A DNA stretch of 63,602 nt, the filler included, from Chrysochromulina tobinii (lineage: Eukaryota): NCBI GenBank assembly GCA_001275005.1. It is 6 parts of 6 records of this genome, joined end to end, with 100 filler letters (N's around TTAATTAATTAA, not from the genome) between each part and the next. Parts side by side here need not be neighbours in the genome. Positions count along the whole stretch, not along the records: positions 54,824 to 60,262 come from JWZX01000705.1; positions 60,363 to 63,602 come from JWZX01000708.1; 4 more parts are not named here. One strand, given 5' to 3'. A program made the position numbers and the translations under genes. The notes beneath the pieces were generated by a model. It was not told the origin of the DNA. It made no database searches and saw only the letters and a program-made list of their open reading frames with translations. Positions 54,825-63,602 of the stretch are shown here, in pieces; the stretch's first letter is position 1; every line of letters begins with the position of its first letter.

Positions 54825-57380
54825 GTGCACCGGGGCCAAACGCGAGCAAGCGTGCTGAGCACTCGCCTTCGCAATTACAAGTACCCGCGCAACACAGACC
54901 TGCCCTCCCAGATAGCGAAAACGGACGCCAAGGGCTTCGGAATCTTCAACGACACCCTTGAGGTCATCGAGGTCATCGAGGAGCCCAGCCTGCCCGTCGT
55001 GACGGCGCGGATGACGCCCATCAAGAAGCAACCACGTGTCCTAGCCCACTCGCGCGCCGATGAGGCTGAGAGACGCCACATCGCTGAGCTAGGGGTCTGG
55101 CGAGGCTTTGGTGCGCCAGAGCCGTGGCGCCAGCGGCTCAATGTTTCCGCGGGGGGGCAGGGCGACGAGTGGGAGCGCATACGGTCCGAGGTGCTGAGAG
55201 AGGTGCGTCGGAAAACCAAGGGCAAGGGGGGGTGCGCATGTGGGGGGTACTCGAGGCGATGGTTCTGCCCTACATGCTGCCACAAGCAGCCGTACGCATG
55301 CGACCACGACGGCTGCGGCAAGACCTTTGCACATGTCGGCCCATTCGAAGTGCACAAGCGCTCGCACACGGGCGAGAAGCCGTTCGCCTGCGACTATGTG
55401 GGCTGCACGTATGCATGCACCACGACGAGCGACCTCACGGTGCACAAGCGCTCGCACACGGGCGAGAAGCCGTTCGCCTGCGACTACGTGGGCTGCAGCG
55501 CGCGCTGCACCACGTCGAGCGCCCTCACGGCGCACAAGCGCTCGCACACGGGCGAGAAGCCGTTCGCCTGCGACTACGTGGGCTGCACGTATGCATGCAC
55601 CACGATGGGCCCCCTCACGGTGCACAAGCGCTCGCACACGGGCGAGAAGCCGTTCGCCTGCGACTACGTGGGCTGCACGTATGCATGCACCACGTCGAGC
55701 GCCCTCACGGTGCACAAGCGCTCGCACACGGGCGAGAAGCCGTTCGCCTGCGACTACGTGGGCTGCAGCGCGCGCTGCACCACGTCGAGCGTCCTCACGG
55801 CGCACAAGCGCTCGCACATGGGCGAGAAGCCGTTCGCCTGCGACTACGTGGGCTGTGGTAAAGGCTTCAAGAGCGCGCGAGCCCTCACGGGGCACAAGCG
55901 CGCACACACGGTCGAGCAGCCGTTCGCCGGCGACCACGAGGGCTCCGGCAAGCCCTCCGAGATCGAGCAGGCGGAGGCGCTCCGCTGCTGGCACGTGCTG
56001 CTCACGGCGATGCGCGACGACCGCGTGCGCGAGCAGCAACTAGGCTCGACCTCCTCGGCGGCGCGGTCGAGCGACCTCACCCCGCGAAAGCGCCCGCGCC
56101 CGGGCGACCGGGCGCGCGCCGGCGTTTACGAGGGCTGCGGTATGGCGCTTGCCGGCGTCACGATGTCGGTGCGCCCGCCGGGAGATGCGCTGGCGGGCTT
56201 GGTGCAGCTCCATCTAGGTCCGTGGCGGCAGACTTGTCTGTCCGAGATGGGCTTATGCGACGAGGCGGTGGAGTGGTGGGCGCGGTCGCTCGGCCACGCG
56301 CTCGGCCAACGTCTGGCGCGCCGATCGAACGCCGCCGCGCTGCCGCCCTGGGGCCTGCGATCCGTGCACACGCCGGGCGATGGCAACTGCCTGCTGCACG
56401 CGCTGCTCCAAGCGACCCTCGGCGTGTGCGACATGAGATTGCCCGCTTCCGACGAGCCCGGCGCCTCGACCCTCGCGGAGCTCCATGGTGGCGCGCGCCC
56501 GCGCCGCTCCCTGCGCGCGGCGCTGCACCACTGCATCGTGCACTGCGAGCCGTTGCGCGCGCTGCTCGCGCACCACGGTGCGGTGCTCCACGAAGTCGAG
56601 AGCGGCTCCGTCCGAGACGGATACTCGTGCGAGCCCGCCCACGTGCTCGCGCTCGCTCACATCTTCCGCCGGCCGATTGTGTGCTACGCGGGCGCCGAGG
56701 TGGACGAGATTCGCACCGGTCGTGACGATCACCTTCTTCCGGCCCTGGGGGTCACCACGATGAGCCAGCTCGCGGCTCGCGGCTCGAGGATGAGCGGCAT
56801 CTACTTGCCGTGCCTGCTGCGACCGGACGAGTGCGCCTCGCGCGACCCCATTCTGATCGTGTACAGCCCGGGCCATTTCTCGGCCCTCTGTTCCACGGAG
56901 TGCGCGGGCGAGGAACGAGTGTGGCGCGCGCTCGGTCTCGACGTGCCGCCCCCCGATGATCCCGTCGCCCCGGGCGCGCCCTGCTCGGCCACGGGCTCGA
57001 TCCCCGTGCCATTGGTCGACGATACCCTCACGCCGTTGCCGGTGCTCTTCCCGCCCGTCCCGGCGCCCGCCGACCACGGCTCGATGGAGGGGCTACTGCG
57101 CTCGTACCTCGACCTGTACGTCACGACGACGTCAGTCTTCGGCGCTGCACCGGGCACGAGCCCCCAGCCGATCACCGTCGCGCGCCAGCGCATCCCAGCG
57201 CCAGCGGACGGGCCAGCGGACGGGTCGCTCGGTGCGCCGCCCGCGGATGCGTACTCCTCGGCGGCGGCGTTCCTTGGGTTTTGGGATTGGAGCTCGGGTG
57301 GGGAACAGAATGCTGAGCAGAGCACGTCCGTGCAGCGCCCCAAGCGAGCCCGTGCCCCTCTTCAGCGCGCGCCTCCTTAG
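54825..57380 (+). CDS. Seven C2H2 zinc fingers fused to an A20/TRABID-type OTU deubiquitinase domain, 5'-partial
   Basis: HTGEKPFAC linkers; TPGDGNCLLHA, HVLALAHIFRRPIV, GIYLP, PILIVYSPGHFSAL. Confidence 0.85.
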   Translation: MHRGQTRASVLSTRLRNYKYPRNTDLPSQIAKTDAKGFGIFNDTLEVIEVIEEPSLPVVTARMTPIKKQPRVLAHSRADEAERRHIAELGVWRGFGAPEPWRQRLNVSAGGQGDEWERIRSEVLREVRRKTKGKGGCACGGYSRRWFCPTCCHKQPYACDHDGCGKTFAHVGPFEVHKRSHTGEKPFACDYVGCTYACTTTSDLTVHKRSHTGEKPFACDYVGCSARCTTSSALTAHKRSHTGEKPFACDYVGCTYACTTMGPLTVHKRSHTGEKPFACDYVGCTYACTTSSALTVHKRSHTGEKPFACDYVGCSARCTTSSVLTAHKRSHMGEKPFACDYVGCGKGFKSARALTGHKRAHTVEQPFAGDHEGSGKPSEIEQAEALRCWHVLLTAMRDDRVREQQLGSTSSAARSSDLTPRKRPRPGDRARAGVYEGCGMALAGVTMSVRPPGDALAGLVQLHLGPWRQTCLSEMGLCDEAVEWWARSLGHALGQRLARRSNAAALPPWGLRSVHTPGDGNCLLHALLQATLGVCDMRLPASDEPGASTLAELHGGARPRRSLRAALHHCIVHCEPLRALLAHHGAVLHEVESGSVRDGYSCEPAHVLALAHIFRRPIVCYAGAEVDEIRTGRDDHLLPALGVTTMSQLAARGSRMSGIYLPCLLRPDECASRDPILIVYSPGHFSALCSTECAGEERVWRALGLDVPPPDDPVAPGAPCSATGSIPVPLVDDTLTPLPVLFPPVPAPADHGSMEGLLRSYLDLYVTTTSVFGAAPGTSPQPITVARQRIPAPADGPADGSLGAPPADAYSSAAAFLGFWDWSSGGEQNAEQSTSVQRPKRARAPLQRAPP
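55288..55935. repeat. 90-bp zinc-finger-coding minisatellite
   Basis: Near-identical cacaagcgctcgcacacgggcgagaagccgttcgcctgcgactacgtgggctgc units. Confidence 0.95.
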
Positions 57381-58813
57381 CCTCTGCTCGCGCAGACTTG
57401 GCAGACGGCGACTTTTATATGCCGCCGACCATGCCACACCATCACAAACCACGCCATACGTAAACGATAATATGCCGCCTCTCCAGCTGGCATATGTGGT
57501 GGCCTTTGTGGCGATACGGGTTAGATACGGGATGGCGGTGGTGGCATGTGGGTGGTGGACAATGCATCGGCGTGTAGTTAGGCGCGACGATGTGTGTGCG
57601 CCGGTTCGAGGTGCGGGGGGCGGCTGACCGTCGTGCGGTCGGAGATGACGGGCGTCGGTGTCGAGGTCTGGTGGGTGGCCAGGGAGTCGGCTGGCGGCGG
57701 GTACAGGGCTTTGACCCCGAGTTCGGTTTATTTCAGTTACTACGTAAACAACAGACAACCTAACGGAAGCCGCTATCGAAACGTGCTCTCCTCAGGCCTG
57801 CAGCAGTGGGGGTGAGCGAGTCGTCGGAGATGGTGAGACACAATGGAAGGAGCACGAGCGGGAAGGAGACCAGAAGGAGGCACGCCACAGGGTACTAGCC
57901 TGCGTGCCCTCAGAGTACAGATAGAGATCAAAGAGCTTGCCGGGAAAAGCTCGACGTCGTGTGGTGCCGACGGCACCGAAGACGACTCGGGATCGCGATT
58001 CAGCGCCTGTGGTGGTGATTGGGATCAACCGAGGTCGGGGTGGCAGGCAGATGCGGCAGCGGCAGCCACGCTGGGCAGAGGCGGTGGCGTGCACGTGTCG
58101 AAGCGCTCGGTCCGAAAGACCACCGCGCTCTCCAGCAAGACCACCGCGTACGGCAGCTTGATGGTCTCCCCATTTTGGGAGCTCGAAGGTCGCCAGGTCA
58201 ACCTGCAGAGCGCGCGCGGCGCCGCCTCGTAGATATGTGGGGCCGAGCTTGGCGCACTTTGAGAGCGCACCTATCGAGAGGAGCTCGGCCGTCGTCTCCG
58301 CGTGCTGCCGCTCCTAGCCGACGCTGCTCCTGGCGCTCTTGCGAGACGCAGATGAACGGGCGGCATCGGGGGCGATCCTTGCCAACACGAGCCCGAGAGG
58401 ATGCGCGTCGGCTTCGAGAGCATGCGCGTCGGCTTCGAGTCCCGCAGCAGAAGGGCAGCGACTTGCGACTTGCCCACGCGCGCCGTGGCGCCCAGAGAGG
58501 CCCCACCACGCTCGCATGTGGTACCACACACACTGGTGACATTCACACACTCTCTCTCATACTCCGCCCGTGTGCCCCTCCGCCGTGCTGGCGCAGACGC
58601 ACGCCACGCGCGCAGCGGCCCTCGAGCGATCGATAAACTCCTGTCCCTCTCTTTGTGTGCGACGCGCAGCGTTTCGTGGTTGGCCATGCCAGCATCGTGG
58701 TTGGCCACGCCAGCAGCGCGTCGCGAGTTACGTATCTGATCGTCGAGTCCCACAACAGGAATCCCACGACAGTAGCGTGAGTGCCCGGGCAGCAAGTGTA
58801 GCGCAAGTGCCCG

Positions 58814-59401
58814 GGCATTTTGGGGTTTGTGGCATTGGGTCATTTGTCATCCACCGCCTATCTTGGAATCGGTCTTGCGGCATTTTGGGGTTTGCGGCAT
58901 TGGGTCATTTGTCATCCACCGCCTATTTTGGAATCGGTCCTGCGGCATGTTGGGGTTTGCGGGATTGGGTCTTTTGTCGTCCACCGCCTATTTTGGAATC
59001 GGTCCTGCGGCATTTTGGAGTTTGTGGGATTGGGTCTTTTGTTGTCCATCGCCTATTTTGGAATCGGTCCTGCGGCATTTTGGGTCCTGCGGGATTGGGT
59101 CTCTTGTCGTCCATCGCCTATTTTGGAATCGGTCCTGCGGCATTTTGGGTACTGCGGGATTGGGTCTTTTGTCGTCCACCGCCTATTTTGGAATCGGTCC
59201 TGCGGCATTTTGGGGTTTGCGGGATTGGGTCTTTTGTCGTCCACCGCCTATTTTGGAATGGGTCCTGCGGCATTTTGGGGTTTGCGGCATTGGGTCTTTT
59301 GTCATCCATCGCCTATTTTGGAATCGGTCCTGCGGCATTTTGGGGTTTGCGGGATTGGGTCATTTGTCATCTTCCGCCTATTTTGGAATCGGTCCTGCGG
59401 C
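58814..59401. repeat. 65-bp tandem minisatellite, ~9 copies
   Basis: Unit ggcattttggggtttgcgggattgggtcttttgtcgtccaccgcctattttggaatcggtcctgc. Confidence 0.95.
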
Positions 59402-59443
59402 GTAAAAAGGTCTCCGCTCAGTCTTTCTTCAAGACACGGAGAA

Positions 59444-60262
59444 ATGGCAACAATGTGCGTGTACTGCCATATTTTTGAGCGGCAAGATGCCCAACACGCG
59501 ACGAAGTCGTTGCCAACGAGTCACAAAGCATCGCGGCTAGGACCCCACTGTGATGGGTGCCACAGCAAGTTGATGTCTTGGCGGGTGTCCCCCGAGCAGA
59601 TCGCTCGGCTGCAGAACCTCGGTGTCGGGCCGCCGCGGAGACAGCAACAGCGGCAGCCGAAGCATCAGCATCAGCTTCAGCACGAGCAGCCGCAGCATCC
59701 GCAGCAGCAGCATGTGCAGCACCAGCCTCAGCATGCGCCGCCGCAGCCGCCGCCGCCGCCGCAGCAGCAGCAGCAGCATCCGCAGCAGCATCCGCAGCAG
59801 CAGCAGCAGCCGCCGCCGCTGCAGCAGTGGCAGCAGCTCCAAAGAGGCAAGCTACCCATAGGTGGCGGCCGCATGGCATCGCCATGTGAGCCATACCGGG
59901 CCAATCCGTATGGCATTTTCTTGCCGAACCTCAGCGGTATGGGCGGCGGCATGGGTAGTGGAGAAGGTTTGAGCGAGTACCTCGACGCGGCGACCGGGAT
60001 GGCCGCGAGATGGGTGGCTCCCTCCACCAACCCCAAAAGGCTTCGTGGGGCCTGTGCCGCGGACACCGTGGTAGCGTCCGCCGTGGTGGCGTCGTCCGAC
60101 GCCGTCGCTCCCGAGATCGGTATGGCAATGGTTCCGTCGTCGGTGAGCAGCGCGGCGCATGCGGACATGCAGGAGGAGCTCGCGCGCTCCCAACGGCAGC
60201 TGCAGGAGACGGAGGCCAAGCTGCAGGAGGTGGAACGAAGTGCGGCCGAGGCGGCTAAGGAG
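59444..60262 (+). CDS. Hypothetical protein with CxxC...CxxC motifs, poly-Gln and coiled coil, 3'-partial
   Basis: MATMCVYCH...HCDGCH, Q/H/P tract; runs into the gap. Confidence 0.5.
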
Positions 60263-60362
60263 NNNNNNNNNNNNNNNNNNNNNNNNNNNNNNNNNNNNNN
60301 NNNNNNTTAATTAATTAANNNNNNNNNNNNNNNNNNNNNNNNNNNNNNNNNNNNNNNNNNNN
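60263..60362. other. Artificial contig spacer
   Basis: N run + TTAATTAATTAA. Confidence 0.99.
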
Positions 60363-63300
60363 ATCGGAGACGACGTGATGATGAGCCAATCCAATGTGTG
60401 GTCCTACTTCTATCCCTACGTCCCTGCCATTCCCAAGGAGCACCAGCCCAGCAATCCCGCTGCCAACATTTCGCCGAACCCCCAGCTCGACGTAGAGGCT
60501 GCAAAGGCCGTGGTCAAGGACATGCGAGATCAGGAGCACAGAGCTGCGGTAGCCCAAGCAGAGGCGTTGCGAGCCGAGGCTGCCAGGGCGAAGGCGGCGG
60601 CTGAAGGGAAGGCAGCAGCCGAGGCAAAGGCGGCGGATGACAAGCTATGGATCTTCACCGACAAGTGGTTCAACCTACGGTTTGTCCTGCAGTACCACAA
60701 GCAAGGCGTGTACGCCTTTGCAGCAGCTGGCCTCATCGAGATCGGGGCTCGAGGTTCATCGTTTGGTTTCCGGTCGCTGGTGCTCACGGTCAAGAATCTT
60801 GCATCTTGTCCTCTTAAGGTGCTCGTGCCGAGGGGCACCTGGTTTCACAACAGGACGCCATTCTATCAGCCACTCGTCACCATTCGTGATTATTGGATTG
60901 AGATTGAGCCTGGAGCCCTTGCGACCGTTGAGCTCGACGCGTTCTGCGGAAGCGTAACGTACGGCTGCCCACGTCGCGACGACATGGAGCTGTCTCCGTA
61001 TGTGTTTGTCGGAGAGATGAACCAGTCCAAAGTGTGGGACTACTTCTATCCCTACGTCCCTGCCATTCCCAAGGAGCACCAGCCCAGCAATCCCGCTGCC
61101 AGTACTTCGCCGAACCCCCAGCTCGACGAAAAGGCTGCAAAGGCCGAGGTCGAGGACGTGCGAGATCAGGAGCACAGAGCTGCGGTAGCCCAAGCAGAGG
61201 CGTTTCGAGCCGAGGCTGCCAGGGTGGCGGCTGCGGAGGAGGCGGCGCAGGCTGAGGCAGCCAGGGAAGCTGCGGAGGCGGCGGCGCAGGCTGAGGCTGT
61301 CGCGGTGCGGCAGCAACAGATCGCTGTACGCAAGGTTGATGGGCTTCGAAGATCTAGCTTCCGGTTCCCTCGGAAATCTAGCTTCCGGTTCCCGCGGATG
61401 AGGCCGGCACCGATTCCTGTCGCGGATCACATGGGCGACGATGGCGATGAGGCGCGCAAGCGCATGCAGGTGAAGTCGTTCACCACGTGGGTGAACCTGC
61501 ACTTGTCGAAAGAGAGCATGGAGGTGAAGGACCTGACCAAGGACTTTGAGGACGGCATCAGGCTAATCAAGCTGATCGAGGTCATCTCGGAGGAGACACT
61601 CGGCAATTACAATCCTGCGCCGAAAAACAAGTTCGAGAAGGTGGCCAACCTGAATGCGCCGATCGAGTACATCAACAATTTCCTCAAGTCGTCCGGCATC
61701 AAGAACCAGTACTCCGTCGAGAACATCCTAGAAGAGAACGAGGTACTCATCCTCGGCATGATCTTCTCACTGATCATGCGCTTCGCCGTGCAGCACGTGT
61801 CCGAGGGCGACCGCACGGCTAAAGAGGGCCTACTGCTCTGGGCGCAGAGAAAGGTCGAGAACGGCTCCAAGGGCATCTTCTCGGCGCATCTGTGCACCGT
61901 CCAAAACTTCCACTCGTCATGGCAGGATGGCACGGCCTTCTGTTGCCTGATCCATGCTTTCCGGCCAGACCTGATCCCGGCGGAGAAGGTGTTCAAGAGC
62001 GCCGATCCGGCCAAGATGCAGGAGGTGCTCAACCTCGCCTTCGACGTCGCCGATAGCAAGCTCGGCATCCCCAAGATGCTCGATGCGGCCGACATGGCCT
62101 CGCACCGTCCGGACGAGAAGTCGGTCATGACGTACGTGCGACCCCGATTGCGTCTGGAGTGCGCCTGGAGTGCGCCTGGAGTGCGCCTGGAGTGCGCCTG
62201 GATTGCGTATGTCCTGATGGACTCCGATGATAACCGTGGCTGGTCGCTCCCTGCTCAGGTACATCTCCTTCTTTTGGAAGGAGTTCGCGTCGAACAAGAA
62301 GAAGCAGACGGCCGCCGAGCGGATCACCAAGGTGGTCGTGCGTGAGGTCCACTATAAGGAGCTGCAGGCGCAGTACGTCGAGCGCGCCACGACCCTCGCC
62401 ACATGGCTGCAGCAGACGCGGGAGAAGCTCAGCGCGCCGCCGCAGTCGAGCGACACGGAGCAGCTGCACCGCTCACTCGACCTGTACGCGGACTTCGGGC
62501 GTACTGAGCGGCCGTCCAAGCTCCAGGAGCTGCTCGACGTCGAGGCTCTCTATGAGTCGATTCAGAGCCGGCTGCAGGCGCTCGGAGGCCGCTCCTGGGA
62601 GCCGCCCGAGGGGTGCGCGCTGATGGCCCCTGATTGTCTCTGATGAGACCTGTGATGGCTTCTGATGGCCACGGATTGCCTCCCTCATCAGCTGCGCGCT
62701 GCCCAAGCTCAAGCGGTGGTGGGAGGAGCTCACATCGGCCGAGCAGACGTACGAGATTGCGATCAAGGACGCGCTCACAAACCTGAAGCGCGTGGGTGGC
62801 CTCATCAAGATGTACCACGCGCGTGCAAGTAAGCTCGATAATTGGCTTGGGCAGAAGGCCGCGTGGGTCCAGGCGTCGCATGACCACGTGCTCGCCGCGC
62901 TCGGAAAGGAACCTGCGCCTGTGACCGAGCTCGGCTTAGACAAACTCCAAGCGAACGAGGCTGTCGCCCCCGTCGAAGAGCAGCAATTCTTGCCCATGTC
63001 GCGCTCGCCCATGTCGCCCGTCAAGGCGAACCTCCCGTCGCCTGCGCCGCCACCGACCGCGCCCAAAACGCGCGCGCAGACCGCGCCGCCGCCGCCCACG
63101 CGCTTCAATACCGTCGAGGGCGCCCGGCCCGAGTCGGCGAACGCGGAGCCGCTCACGCCCAGGAGCAAATCGCTGCTCGACAGCCTCTTCGACGCGCTCA
63201 AGGAGAACTTCGGAATCAGATCGCCAGGCGAGGCCGAGCCCGCCGCCGCCGCCACTGCCGCCAACAGCATCGAGGATGTGGAGGCGGCGGCGGCGGCGGC

Positions 63301-63602
63301 ATGGGCGCCGGCACCGGCGCCATCGGCGGCGCCCACGGCGGCGCCAATGGACGAGCGCCCTCAGACGCCGATGGCGCCTGTGGCCCCACAGTCGCCGAGC
63401 GTGCGCTCGGCCGCCGTCCTGCGCACGCGCAACGCGTACGACGTCTTCAGCGCCGCTATGGCGCAGCACAAGATGCGCTTTGCTCGCGAAGCGTCGCTCG
63501 ACTCGATCTCTGCGGCGATGGCGCGCCTCAACCTGCTCAAGGCGTACGAAGAGGAGCAGGCGAGCCGCGACGAGTCCTGATTGCCTCTGATTGCCTCTGA
63601 TG
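60363..63602 (+). CDS. Alpha-actinin-like protein (tandem CH domains + spectrin-like repeat) with repeated N-terminal domain; partial at both ends; introns 62132-62258, 62613-62691 and a probable one from ~63560
   Basis: MQVKSFTTWVNLHL, DFEDGIRLIKLIEVIS, AKEGLLLWAQ, NFHSSWQDGTAFCCLIH, PDEKSVMT|YIS. Confidence 0.88.

Noticed and set aside
58814..59401. CRISPR-like array
   Set aside because: Units are contiguous 65-bp tandem copies with no unique spacers; no cas genes; eukaryotic context
58820..59443. Hydrophobic repeat ORFs in several frames
   Set aside because: Artefact of a stop-free 65-bp minisatellite whose period is not a multiple of 3
1..63602. tRNA, rRNA, snRNA genes and prokaryotic defence systems
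   Set aside because: None recognised by eye; a covariance-model scan would be needed to exclude small RNAs

Overview
GC-rich eukaryotic nuclear DNA with short spliceosomal introns, some GC-AG. A haptophyte (Chrysochromulina/prymnesiophyte-like) alga is inferred from plastid-type presequences, ABA4, an LSMT-like gene and the intron style. The window is six unlinked contigs joined by artificial N-TTAATTAATTAA-N spacers, so neighbourhoods across spacers mean nothing. Recognisable genes: a giant (>2700 aa) secreted TMEM132-like cohesin/Ig protein with a dockerin-like module (missed by the ORF track), DUF1415, meiotic ZIP4/TEX11, FAM185A-like, profilin, LSMT-like SET, NZF/UIM protein, cNMP-binding protein, UFD2/UBE4B, FAM192A, DYRK-like kinase, ABA4, TLC protein, DNRLRE-like protein, MYND-SET, OFA-type MFS, formate/nitrite transporter, a C2H2-array/OTU fusion and an alpha-actinin-like protein with a novel repeated N-terminal domain. 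The most striking pattern is a family of introns built from tandem CTGAT(T/G)GC-type repeats. Their 5' ends often duplicate the start of the next exon. The same sequence also sits antisense inside an exon, flanked by 19-29 bp direct repeats and preserving frame, which suggests an intron-generating insertion process.
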